Virus record (IMG/VR): IMGVR_UViG_3300029955_000001
Reading direction: 5' to 3' (one strand)
Source: a virus
Taxonomy: Duplodnaviria; Caudoviricetes
Length of the DNA stretch: 64,000 nucleotides
Below, piece after piece: positions 17,378 through 26,815 of the stretch. The notes under the pieces were generated by a model. That model saw only the letters and a program-made list of their open reading frames with translations, had not been told where the DNA came from and made no database searches. Numbering within the stretch: position 1 is the stretch's first letter; each line of letters begins with the position of its first letter. The position numbers and the translations under genes are program-made.

Positions 17378-18499
17378 TCAAAAACGATACGTCGTTGCGA
17401 ATACAGTTGTAGTCCATGACGCGTTATTTGCGTTATAGTTTTCCCACTGTAGCCCATGTCCGCGATGTTCCTCTAACGAAAATGTCCATCTGCTATAATC
17501 GTACGTTACGCCTAATACAGTGTCCTTTTCACTACCCGTAGTATTGCCGTTTCCAGTACTCTCTGAAATATATGTGTAAATTTCATCTGTCCAATTATAA
17601 CCTGCTAAAAAATAAAAAGTATTATAACTAGATACATTTTTAAATGGTCCTGTTAAGCCAGCTTCGTAATAGCTATCGTGACGCAATTCCGTTTCAAGAG
17701 AATAACCGTTTTTACTATAAGAAATGCCAAAGCTGGTGCTTATGTATTTAACATGTGATTCGTTATCGATTATTTGAATTGCAATAGGATTTAAAACATT
17801 TGGGGGTACTGCCCCTCCAGTAAAAACATTCTGGCTATTTGGGTTTTCTAAGGTAACACCACCGCGCCATATACTACGTGCTAAAATAAAACCAAATGAA
17901 TCAGTTTCATAATTCAATGAGTAATCATAGTTCCCTTTTTCTCCTACTTGTCTATAGTCGTCTGTGCATGGCGGACCATTGATCTCTAACTGTACGTGAC
18001 AAGCGTCTTCTATATGTGTCAAACCATAATCAAAACGCGTAAGTAGTACACCATTACCCACTTTGCTTTTAACGACTACGTTTATACCGTTGATGGCTGT
18101 AAATGTTTCGTTATCGACCATGCGCCTATCGTATAAACCTAAAGGTAACATTGCTACTCCGGCAGTAGCAGGAGAATCAGTGACGTTATTATAAAAGGTA
18201 GTTAATCTGATAAATTTTCCTAATTGAATAGTAACATCGTTATCGGCATTCAACTCGAAAGACTTCTCTATTACAGCACGACGTACTACTTGATTATACG
18301 GGGCTGATATCTGAGCACGAAATGCATACTCGCCATAACTAACATCCGTGTTAACAGCTAACTCAGATTTATTTGGATAAAAATTTCTATTACTAAACGT
18401 CGTTCCGTCAATAAAACCTGAGAAAGTCGTGTTCAGCTCTTGTGCTGTGCATTGTGTCACAAATAATGCACTAATCAGCAATATGCAAAACTTTAACAT
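17378..18499 (-). CDS. Outer-membrane beta-barrel (porin-like) protein (start moved to ATG 18499)
   Basis: GGAGG SD; signal peptide MLKFCILLISALFVTQCTA; alternating amphipathic strands; QLGKF/R..F motif; C-terminal beta-signal ...FATTYRF. Confidence 0.8.
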   Translation of the reverse strand: MLKFCILLISALFVTQCTAQELNTTFSGFIDGTTFSNRNFYPNKSELAVNTDVSYGEYAFRAQISAPYNQVVRRAVIEKSFELNADNDVTIQLGKFIRLTTFYNNVTDSPATAGVAMLPLGLYDRRMVDNETFTAINGINVVVKSKVGNGVLLTRFDYGLTHIEDACHVQLEINGPPCTDDYRQVGEKGNYDYSLNYETDSFGFILARSIWRGGVTLENPNSQNVFTGGAVPPNVLNPIAIQIIDNESHVKYISTSFGISYSKNGYSLETELRHDSYYEAGLTGPFKNVSSYNTFYFLAGYNWTDEIYTYISESTGNGNTTGSEKDTVLGVTYDYSRWTFSLEEHRGHGLQWENYNANNASWTTTVFATTYRF

Positions 18500-18899
18500 C
18501 GTTTCCTCCAAAATTAATAATAACATTGTCGCTATCTATATACCCAATCGCACTTCTAGTAGAACTCACACGACGAAGCATTTCATCCGTCGTTTTTACA
18601 TAGCGAACTTCACTTCCCAAACCAGAATTAACCATTTTATTCCATTTCTTATTGTATTCCTCCACTGACATTCCTAATATATCACGTACGAAATGGCGAA
18701 ATAAATAAGTATCTTCCGTCATCTGAAAGAGAACTACTTTATCGCCATTTGGCCATCTGTTATATCGCATCAGATAAATATTTCTTATATCAGTCGTACT
18801 TAGCTTACCTGAATTAACATCCACATTAATAATAACTGATGTGTCGCCGAATGTTAATCCAGTAAAGAAATATAAAAATATCAGAATTAATTTTTTCAT
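18471..18899 (-). CDS. Small periplasmic-binding-protein-like protein (type often annotated as phosphate ABC substrate-binding)
   Basis: Signal peptide; VIIN...LS..DIRNIYL.R...WPNG..V...F....LG.....Y...W......G.....V....EM...V......AIGYID pattern. Confidence 0.8.
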   Translation of the reverse strand: MKKLILIFLYFFTGLTFGDTSVIINVDVNSGKLSTTDIRNIYLMRYNRWPNGDKVVLFQMTEDTYLFRHFVRDILGMSVEEYNKKWNKMVNSGLGSEVRYVKTTDEMLRRVSSTRSAIGYIDSDNVIINFGGNDVKVLHIAD

Positions 18900-19348
18900 C
18901 GTCTTTTTGCCTGTTGCTCGCTTCTTGACTGAGTGTCATCAAGCTGTCGCTGAAGATCAATTGTGATGCGTTTCATTGCATCTACCTTATCAGACATATC
19001 TCTAATTTTATCTACATCAGGCTTCATTGCTGTGGTTGTTTTTTCAATTAAATTAACCCGATCTACGAATGCATCGAATTTTTCAATCGAATGTTCAAGA
19101 TAATAACCAATACCACTGCCGACAATAGCCCATATAACGATGGCTGTTTTAATTAAAGTTTTATTACGGGTTTCGCTAGCATGTACTGTTTCATGCACAC
19201 GCTCATATCGCTGTGCTAGATCATCGTACTTACCGCCAATCGTTTTAATGGCACTATTATTAGATTGACAAATTATTGCTACTGTAGCGTAGAATTGCTG
19301 TCTGTCGATCAAATCATCTGATCTTGGGGCTAACACTGGTTCATTCAT
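18896..19348 (-). CDS. Single-pass inner-membrane coiled-coil protein
   Basis: TM helix LIKTAIVIWAIVGSGIGYYL flanked by heptad-rich segments; ATGA-coupled to the PBP gene. Confidence 0.7.
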   Translation of the reverse strand: MNEPVLAPRSDDLIDRQQFYATVAIICQSNNSAIKTIGGKYDDLAQRYERVHETVHASETRNKTLIKTAIVIWAIVGSGIGYYLEHSIEKFDAFVDRVNLIEKTTTAMKPDVDKIRDMSDKVDAMKRITIDLQRQLDDTQSRSEQQAKRR

Positions 19349-19453
19349 ACAAGCTCCTATTGCTGTACGTCATAATGTTTCCTAAAAGAAAGTTATGGAA
19401 AATATAGCGCACGATCATAGTATTTATTTTTTATTTTATTATTACAGCATAAA

Positions 19454-19479
19454 ACCAGAGTAGAATATTCTACTCTGGT
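19454..19479 (-). terminator. Terminator hairpin
   Basis: ACCAGAGTAGA-atat-TCTACTCTGGT; minus-strand tail TTTTATGCTG. Confidence 0.75.
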
Positions 19480-19484
19480 AATGG

Positions 19485-20000
19485 TTAAACTGATGCCTTA
19501 AGTGCTAGCAAAGGTGATTCTGTCAGATGATTCAAACTAGAAAATAAATCAAGTCCAGAAGCTTTTAGACATCCTCCAGATAGTTCGTAACAAAACCAGT
19601 TTGTATCATCGTTCCAATTACGACTGGGGTCGATAGCTAAGCCTAATACACCGATGTAGTCATACCCTTTCCCTAACTGAGCTTCTAAAAACGCCCTACC
19701 AGCTGCTTGATTAGGCACAACGAAATCAACTGTATCAACTATAGTAGAACCAGATAGCGCAACTGATCGAATTGATTTACGCACACCATAACCAGGCAAT
19801 GCTTCGTATAACACATCCCCAAAATCAATCAACACATGTGACGATATCCCCATAACGAAACGAGAACGTGGTAAAGCATACCGAACAACTAATGACGGAA
19901 TACTCCAATCAGTTTTAGTAAATACCAAACGGATAATGTTTGAAGGTATTTGCGAGGAATCGGTCATTATATCTCCTATTAATTTAGAACTTAATTTCAA
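19485..20000 (-). CDS. Permuted papain-like amidase (YaeF/YiiX, C92 family)
   Basis: SHVLI (His) in the N-half, LYEA, GKGYDY, WFCYEL (Cys) in the C-half: circularly permuted NlpC/P60 order. Confidence 0.85.
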   Translation of the reverse strand: MKLSSKLIGDIMTDSSQIPSNIIRLVFTKTDWSIPSLVVRYALPRSRFVMGISSHVLIDFGDVLYEALPGYGVRKSIRSVALSGSTIVDTVDFVVPNQAAGRAFLEAQLGKGYDYIGVLGLAIDPSRNWNDDTNWFCYELSGGCLKASGLDLFSSLNHLTESPLLALKASV

Positions 20001-20694
20001 TTCCTAACGTTGGCGATACAGCTTTTGACAAACCTTTCAAACCATCAACTTCTGAAGTGTGTGATTGCTCTATCTTTAAGAATAAAGAAATTGGTTCGTT
20101 CGCTATTTTGTAAGGTAACTTGTAGCCAATTGTAGCACCTAAACCATATTGTGTTCTTGCGTCAGCGTTAAGCTGTGAAACAATGGGTCCTACCGCACTA
20201 GTGTTGCCGGGGCCGTACCAATCGTAATTAATTGATTCCAAATGATACGTTGTTGCAGTTAACTGTATTTCACCCCACCAGTTACCATAATTCTGCCGTA
20301 CTGCAAGAAAGATATTCGATACAGTCGCCTGCGTTTGCATATGCGACAAAGGCCCACATGGCCCATTACAGTGCGATGCCGAATTAGGATTATAGTTGGC
20401 ATCGGAGTTAAGAATCATCGCGTCGGCTGTCATTCTACCGACCCAATCAAAACCAACCCCAAACTGTGTGCCGTATGTATTTATATCTGTGTAAAGACCA
20501 AACGATACAGACGGCGAAATTAGATGTTCGTTATTAGGAAAACCATTCTGTTTCCAATTTCCATTTGCACTAGGCGTAAACTTTTCTAAACCAAAGTCCA
20601 CCACTATTTCACTGGCGATAGCGACATCGCAACAACTGAGCATTAAGAAAATAATAAACAAACGTAAATACTTGGTAAATTGTTGAGAATGCAT
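19984..20694 (-). CDS. Second outer-membrane beta-barrel protein (small, roughly 8-stranded)
   Basis: Signal peptide; amphipathic strands (SVSFGLYT, QFGVGFDWVG, YGLGATIGYK); C-terminal LGIEIKF beta-signal. Confidence 0.7.
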   Translation of the reverse strand: MHSQQFTKYLRLFIIFLMLSCCDVAIASEIVVDFGLEKFTPSANGNWKQNGFPNNEHLISPSVSFGLYTDINTYGTQFGVGFDWVGRMTADAMILNSDANYNPNSASHCNGPCGPLSHMQTQATVSNIFLAVRQNYGNWWGEIQLTATTYHLESINYDWYGPGNTSAVGPIVSQLNADARTQYGLGATIGYKLPYKIANEPISLFLKIEQSHTSEVDGLKGLSKAVSPTLGIEIKF

Positions 20695-20798
20695 TTTGAT
20701 ATTTCCTTAATTTAAATTTTGCGCTTACCGCATTACTTAATACGTGGTGGCTTATTCTTTTTCATTTAACTACTTTTTTAAATAACAACAATATATTA

Positions 20799-20836
20799 AA
20801 AATAGGAGCACTTAGGTTAATAAGTGCTCCTATTTT
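20799..20836 (-). terminator. Terminator, 16-bp stem
   Basis: AAAATAGGAGCACTTA-ggttaa-TAAGTGCTCCTATTTT after the stop at 20845. Confidence 0.8.
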
Positions 20837-20844
20837 CTTTACAC

Positions 20845-23800
20845 TTACTCGTGTGTGAGATAAGTGTAATTTGCTGAGAACGCTTTTCCTTGATCAGCTA
20901 CATTGAAAATGAATGTCCCCATGTATGGATCTACGCTGACCTCACCTGGCAGAGGGGCAGTTCCATCTACATGAATATTAATGGCTGACACACCATTAAT
21001 ATTTGCCGATACTGCACCTTGAGCATCTGTATCGATAGCCAAGAACAATGGGTTAAAATAACCAGTTGTTGTTCCATTGCCAGCAACAATTGCGTTGTCG
21101 GAACCATTAGAAACAATGGTAGCGGCAGGGCAAGTGCGATTAGCGACAGCTGCAGCAGGGTTCCAGACATTAGTTGGCGTACATATCAAATTAAAGCGAG
21201 ATTGTGCTGGGTTAGGTTGAAAGAATGAATTGGTTATTGGCACACCATTAACGATAAGTTGAATAACACCGCCCACCCTTGAAATCCCAAGTGATGTAAC
21301 GTTACTAGCTGGCCCTAAATCAGCGCCCCCGTTAATAGGCGGCGTTAAGCCATTGGGTGGGTATATAGCGTGAGCGTGTCCGATACCAGGACTAACCGTT
21401 GAGTCAATGGAAAACCCCCAAACAATACCACTTCGGCCATTCTGGTCTAACGAGCCAGCCACGCCAACATATCCGATACCAAATTCAATGTCCTTCATAT
21501 TTACATTGGTGTTATCCCAGCCATATGTGATTACAAAATCACCAATAACTGTTTTATCTCCAACACTAAATTGCGAGCCGTTCTGATCTAGAAAAACGGT
21601 ATTGTTATTCGCATCCAAAGTAGTTCTAGATGCTGCGTTTGAACGATTTAAATCAATCCCAACTAATCCCGTTTGCCCAGCTGTTGGGACGGGAATGACA
21701 GCAAGATTAACATCGTTTACATTAATGTAGGCCTTCTTGAAATAGATATTATCTTCGATAGTATTTGTCGTGGCGTTGTCTTTCAACAGACCTTCACAGA
21801 CAGCAAAGTTATAGAACTCCGTCACTACAAAAGAAGTACCTGATGCACCATCGACGAAATTAATACTCAGCCCACTGTCGAGTGATTCAACTGCCGTGTG
21901 CGTTAATTTTGATGTGGTAGACCCAGCTACCCAACTACTACCGTTCCATCCATAACTCGTTTTACCCAGATAAGCTAATGATCCAGCGCCAGCAACTGAA
22001 TTATCAAACGGGTATATGAATAAGGATGAATATATTCCATTTCCCCAACCGCTAACACCCAAACCGTTATAAAGTAGCATAGCAGACATGACGAATAGCA
22101 CGCCATTACCAAGATTCACACAAACAGCCATGTCAGAACCACCGTATGAAGCGAATTCTACGGAATTCGCAACTTTAAAAGAAGGTGAGATATTAACTGG
22201 AATACACATTGATGCTGCGTTGGCGTTGCTTTCAGTGAGAGAAGTATCTATTCCACTCCCATCTGGCTTTACAAGATAGAGCTGCGCTCTTCCCCCAGTA
22301 GAATTAGACAAACTATTCGCGACACCAATCTGAAGAATACGGTCATCTCCGGTAGCGGCTGGTACGAAATTTACACTGTTCAATGCTGAAGTAAAGTTGT
22401 TACTGGTGCCAAAAACATCATCTCCTTGTGTATATACGTTTTTTGTTGGTCCCTGCAACAGTGTTGTATTGTTCGTACCAAACGTTAATGCGTAGTTAGC
22501 ACTACTCCACGCGATTACCCACGTGCCATGTGTGGCTGAACACTTTAAGTGACTGCGATTCAAGCGCGGCATACCGTAGCCAGCACCGTTGTCGAGTGCT
22601 GAAGTAAAGTTAACCGCACTACCTAACACTGGCGACCACCAGACGCCAAATGAAGTTGCGTCTACGGTAGCATCAAGTCTACGAACTAACATTAAGTCGC
22701 CGCTAACACTACTTGCATCTGCTACCAAATATTCAACATTGGACCAGTTTCCATCACTGATACCTGGTGAATTAAATGCAGGGGTTGTTGTTTGGTTATA
22801 CGCTGTCCATGTTGAAATACCATCATAGTTCGCAATGCAGTTATTGCCAACAACCCACACTGAGTTATTGTAACCGGCAGCTACACCATTCGTTGCACTT
22901 AAATCAATTCCTACAGCTGGCGCTGCTAAGGAAGTTACTGAGCCGGTAACTGGGTTGATTACCCATAAGCCGGTTGCTTTACAGGACACATAAATCAGAC
23001 CATTCACAACAGCAGCTTGCTGAATGTTTGTGAAAGCTGCGGTATAATACCAGTAATCAGAGTTTGCCAGATTATACAGCATGATTCTGTTCATACTTGG
23101 GATCACAACAGACACTGCATCATACGCCACTGTAGAGCTAATTTGACGTGTGCCAATCTGCGTTAAGTCGCCAAGAAGCCCGCTGTAAATATCTTGTCCA
23201 AGCGTTACTTGAGCTTCATTGACACCGGCATTGAAATTGTTATATTGAGTATTATTCGTTGGAAAAGAAGTACAAAGTGCTGGCACTGGAGTAAAGTCCT
23301 GTGTATTGCTATTACCATAGTTCGCAAGAACGCTTGGTGAATAACCGAAACATGGCCGCTTAGAGTACGTATATTCTGCGACGCCTACATTGCCGCTTAC
23401 TACAATGTTTACATTGTACATTTGTGGAAATTCTCCACTATAGCACTGCCCTGCGTTAGCAGCGGCGTTCTTATTAGCCCAATTTCCAGTTGGAGAAAAA
23501 TACCCTGTTCCAGTAGGCAAGCCGTCTACATCTAAAAACTGCAACGTACTACTCTGTGTATGACCAAAAACATTTTGAATGCCCGCTGGCGCAAACGGAA
23601 CGTCAGCCATGTGCAGATCGCTTGCACTATCATTGTAGCTAACACCACCAAGCATTACGCCAACCACATCGGTTAGACTAAAATTTCTATTAAATTTATT
23701 TTTGAAAAAGACGCCATTTGTAGAAAAATTAGCAATGCCACTACCCAATGAAGTATGATCAAACATAGGATTCAGTGTAATATTCGGAATGTCGGCGGCT

Positions 23801-24504
23801 TTAATTACCGGCAATTTAAACACATTACTATTGGCTGAACCGTATAGTGGGGATTTCGAGTTATTGCCATAGATACCAGAGATTCTCTTTGCAATTTCTC
23901 TATTCTGAACAGTCGAGTAATTAGCGGCTTGAGGAAACTGAACACGATAATAGACATCCAATATCTGCGTCGTCGATTGAGGACAGGGTGTCGCTAAACT
24001 AGCGTACGCGTAAACGTGCGCGTAGTTTAAATACCCTGAAATATCATTCAATTGATTCTGCGTGATTGACGCGCAGTCTGTCAGCATTACTGTGTTAATT
24101 AACATATTGACAGGTGGCACTGGTATCCGTGTAGTAAATTCAACATATTGTTCTGTACTACCAGACGTCGGAAAGAACGTAGGATTAACTACGTTTGGGA
24201 TTGCGTTACCAATAGCCGTTGTATCAGTAACCCCACTCACGCTGCCTGGTATTGTATTGTTAATACGGCTAGGCGACATCACGCGTGTTGTAACAGCTAC
24301 GGTATTAGGTAGTGTGATTAAACCAGAATTGTTACCGTTGCCATCCGCATAGGGAATGTCAGTATTACCAAAACTTATTAAATCAATAAATATATTATCC
24401 AAAATAATATTCGATTGATCAAAACCACCTTCTATTTCCAATGTTTTTGCATTACGCAAAATGCCAATTGCTCTACCTTTTGGTTTAATTCCCGTTGCAT
24501 GCAT
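20845..24504 (-). CDS. Large virion structural protein (tail-tip/receptor-binding candidate) with a beta-propeller-like segment
   Basis: 1219 aa, rich in G/N/T/S/V and beta-forming residues; propeller-like repeats GLIYVSCKATGLWVINP / SVWVVGNNCIANYDG..W. Confidence 0.7.
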   Translation of the reverse strand: MHATGIKPKGRAIGILRNAKTLEIEGGFDQSNIILDNIFIDLISFGNTDIPYADGNGNNSGLITLPNTVAVTTRVMSPSRINNTIPGSVSGVTDTTAIGNAIPNVVNPTFFPTSGSTEQYVEFTTRIPVPPVNMLINTVMLTDCASITQNQLNDISGYLNYAHVYAYASLATPCPQSTTQILDVYYRVQFPQAANYSTVQNREIAKRISGIYGNNSKSPLYGSANSNVFKLPVIKAADIPNITLNPMFDHTSLGSGIANFSTNGVFFKNKFNRNFSLTDVVGVMLGGVSYNDSASDLHMADVPFAPAGIQNVFGHTQSSTLQFLDVDGLPTGTGYFSPTGNWANKNAAANAGQCYSGEFPQMYNVNIVVSGNVGVAEYTYSKRPCFGYSPSVLANYGNSNTQDFTPVPALCTSFPTNNTQYNNFNAGVNEAQVTLGQDIYSGLLGDLTQIGTRQISSTVAYDAVSVVIPSMNRIMLYNLANSDYWYYTAAFTNIQQAAVVNGLIYVSCKATGLWVINPVTGSVTSLAAPAVGIDLSATNGVAAGYNNSVWVVGNNCIANYDGISTWTAYNQTTTPAFNSPGISDGNWSNVEYLVADASSVSGDLMLVRRLDATVDATSFGVWWSPVLGSAVNFTSALDNGAGYGMPRLNRSHLKCSATHGTWVIAWSSANYALTFGTNNTTLLQGPTKNVYTQGDDVFGTSNNFTSALNSVNFVPAATGDDRILQIGVANSLSNSTGGRAQLYLVKPDGSGIDTSLTESNANAASMCIPVNISPSFKVANSVEFASYGGSDMAVCVNLGNGVLFVMSAMLLYNGLGVSGWGNGIYSSLFIYPFDNSVAGAGSLAYLGKTSYGWNGSSWVAGSTTSKLTHTAVESLDSGLSINFVDGASGTSFVVTEFYNFAVCEGLLKDNATTNTIEDNIYFKKAYINVNDVNLAVIPVPTAGQTGLVGIDLNRSNAASRTTLDANNNTVFLDQNGSQFSVGDKTVIGDFVITYGWDNTNVNMKDIEFGIGYVGVAGSLDQNGRSGIVWGFSIDSTVSPGIGHAHAIYPPNGLTPPINGGADLGPASNVTSLGISRVGGVIQLIVNGVPITNSFFQPNPAQSRFNLICTPTNVWNPAAAVANRTCPAATIVSNGSDNAIVAGNGTTTGYFNPLFLAIDTDAQGAVSANINGVSAINIHVDGTAPLPGEVSVDPYMGTFIFNVADQGKAFSANYTYLTHE

Positions 24505-24515
24505 GATTTCTTCCT

Positions 24516-25538
24516 CTAGCCAATTGACGAATATGCTGACTGCGTGACAGTCATTGTGAAATGAATACCTCTATTTTTGAATCCACCTGTCATTGTGTCT
24601 AACACAACTGGAGCAGTCTCTAAAGAACGCGATATGACTGCTTTTGTCATTGCTATTCCTAAGCAACTAAACGCACCCGTCATCGTGTCATTGTTATCCG
24701 GCGCAAGTGTTTCTAATTCACGAGATATAGTGTTCTTTGTAAAATTAATACCACGGGTTACGTTAGCAACGTGTATTGGACTTTTCTCCATCACAGCTAA
24801 CTCATTGTTAGCCGGTAACACAGCTGTAACGACACTCCCCTTCAATTGAGAAATAAAACCGTTATTGTTAAGAACGGTGTCGATTCTATACACTGAACCG
24901 AGTTCCAAACCACGGAAATAATTCACCTTAAAAGGAATATGTTGCTCTTCAGTCGTTGATCCGATTTGTAATTTATTCAATTGATAATGCGAAACAAATT
25001 GTGTATCTGTCACTGGCTGGAACACTACCATTCGTTCCGTATTATTCAGCACAACAACACCTAGCTGATTATCCGTTGGTGCTGGTTCTATGCTGTATGG
25101 TGGTTTAACAATCTGTGTCGCTAAACCAGTTCTTACAAATATTGGAGCAATAGCGGGTGGTTGTGAAAACGTATCTAACGCAACAGAAGTTATCGTAATA
25201 TCAGCATACTGTTGCCACCGCGTTCCTTGATCAAGCCAGAAACGAAATACTTTATCGTTACGATTGGATGGTTGTTGGAATGTCGACGATGCTTGATTTT
25301 GAGGCTCTAGCCAGGTGACAGGAGACCCTGACAACTGAACCCAGTTATACGTCTGCGGTCCAATTGGAGTCCCTATTAATGTTGCGTCTAGTGTAACGAT
25401 GTCCTGACACGACACCAACATCATTTTTTGCAATTGAATAATTAAACCACCGCCAGCACTACTGCCTCTACGCCTAGATGGATTACCTATTAAAATAGAC
25501 ATATGTGCCTTTACGCTAGATGAATTGGAAACTACCAA
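24516..25538 (-). CDS. Virion protein with an N-terminal PKD/Ig-like domain
   Basis: LDAT...TYNWVQLSGSPV.W..Q.QA..TF is a PKD-like motif; C-terminal duplicated ISR.LET...DTMTG.F. Confidence 0.65.
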   Translation of the reverse strand: MVVSNSSSVKAHMSILIGNPSRRRGSSAGGGLIIQLQKMMLVSCQDIVTLDATLIGTPIGPQTYNWVQLSGSPVTWLEPQNQASSTFQQPSNRNDKVFRFWLDQGTRWQQYADITITSVALDTFSQPPAIAPIFVRTGLATQIVKPPYSIEPAPTDNQLGVVVLNNTERMVVFQPVTDTQFVSHYQLNKLQIGSTTEEQHIPFKVNYFRGLELGSVYRIDTVLNNNGFISQLKGSVVTAVLPANNELAVMEKSPIHVANVTRGINFTKNTISRELETLAPDNNDTMTGAFSCLGIAMTKAVISRSLETAPVVLDTMTGGFKNRGIHFTMTVTQSAYSSIG

Positions 25539-25929
25539 CTAAAGTCATTGATATATTTGCAATAGAAATATCAAACACAGTTGCATCTGTAACTATTTCT
25601 AATTTATCTCCAGCGTTAAGTGTTATAGCGTTTGTAAATGTAAATACACCAGAATTCGACACGGGAGTAAACAACACACTACCGACAACAGTTCCATTTA
25701 CTTTAACATTGAGTTGTGAGTTAGACGTAGTTGGTGGCGTGTCGCATGTTGCGAGTGATCCTATTAACAATGCTGGTAATGTTATCGTTCGAACCATTAT
25801 CATACTGCCAAATACTTCGCTTGCTGATATTTGATCCAAACAAGAGAAAGGTAAGTCATAAGGCAGCGTCGATGGCATTGGGGCAATATCTGTGTTTTGA
25901 CCGTATTGATCACTTCCGTATGATAACAT
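25516..25929 (-). CDS. Small beta-sandwich virion protein
   Basis: 137 aa; NVKVNGTVVGSVLF..GVFTFTNAITLNAGDKLEIV. Confidence 0.65.
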   Translation of the reverse strand: MLSYGSDQYGQNTDIAPMPSTLPYDLPFSCLDQISASEVFGSMIMVRTITLPALLIGSLATCDTPPTTSNSQLNVKVNGTVVGSVLFTPVSNSGVFTFTNAITLNAGDKLEIVTDATVFDISIANISMTLVGSFQFI

Positions 25930-26085
25930 AATTGATCCTTATCCATTAAATTGAACTTATACAATACTGTAATTATTATTTTCTAACTTACAATCATAAG
26001 AATCTAGGAACTATTACTAAAAAAGAACAAAAAAAAACAGGAAAGAATAACTCTCCTGTTTTTATACTATCGACGGTCTTACTTT

Positions 26086-26656
26086 TTAAGTAAGACCGTC
26101 ACGCCAATACACCGCCGCGTCGCAATAGTATTTGTTTTCGCCACGATTACATTGTCGATCGAGGACCACAAGGAACTTATCATTTGCGCCAACGATTTTC
26201 GCTTCACGCAAAATTCCAGCACCTAACTGATTGGTAATGGCTTCCAGAGTTCTTTCATGATCAGGAAACGAAATGACCAATTTCGAAACGAGTAGCTTCC
26301 ATCCCTGCACGGTTCACCGGCGAAGTTTTGTAGACAGCCGATTGTTTCAAAACGGACCAGTTATTTTCCAGCATTGTTTTGCATTCCGCGCTAACTACAG
26401 CTGGAACATGCGTTGAATCCGTAATCGGAATATCGATCGGGCTGACGATAATGTTCGAGCATGCTAAACCCTGAATGTTGCAAATGAATCGAGGAACCTT
26501 TGGTAACGTTGTTGTCGATGGTGGAATCACAACCTCTGCTGGTTGTTGTGATACAATGAACGAATCTACTGGATTCGAAACAGTTGTTACTGCGCCGGTT
26601 GCGAAAACGGTGGACGAAAATAGAGCAAAGACAATCGCAGAGATAAAGGTTTTCAT
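26086..26656 (-). CDS. Secreted/periplasmic protein, probably one gene split by a frameshift near 26265
   Basis: Signal peptide MKTFISAIVFALFSSTVFA; ORFs 26261..26656 and 26086..26310 overlap, and removing one T at GTTTCC gives ...IGHFVPDHERTL... Confidence 0.5.
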
Positions 26657-26716
26657 GGTATTCTCCTAGTATTAAAATTAAGTGTTACGTGATTGTATCA
26701 AGCTTAGTATAGGCTC

Positions 26717-26756
26717 AATCTCACCTCCAGTATATATGTCTGAAATATTCTGGAAT
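26717..26756 (-). promoter_or_regulatory. 40-nt repeated promoter-like element
   Basis: AATCTCAC-ctc-CAGTATATATGTCTGAAATATTCT-ggaat; the 24-nt core is identical to 58261-58284. Confidence 0.65.
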
Positions 26757-26815
26757 GAGTCTTTTTGGTATATATTTCATAGTTTAATTTACTGCTATTA
26801 AACATAATAAAACAC

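Noticed and set aside
18896-19348. Holin/spanin lysis cassette
   Set aside because: No endolysin or lipoprotein o-spanin nearby; the partners are a PBP and a porin, so a lysis role is unsupported though not excluded
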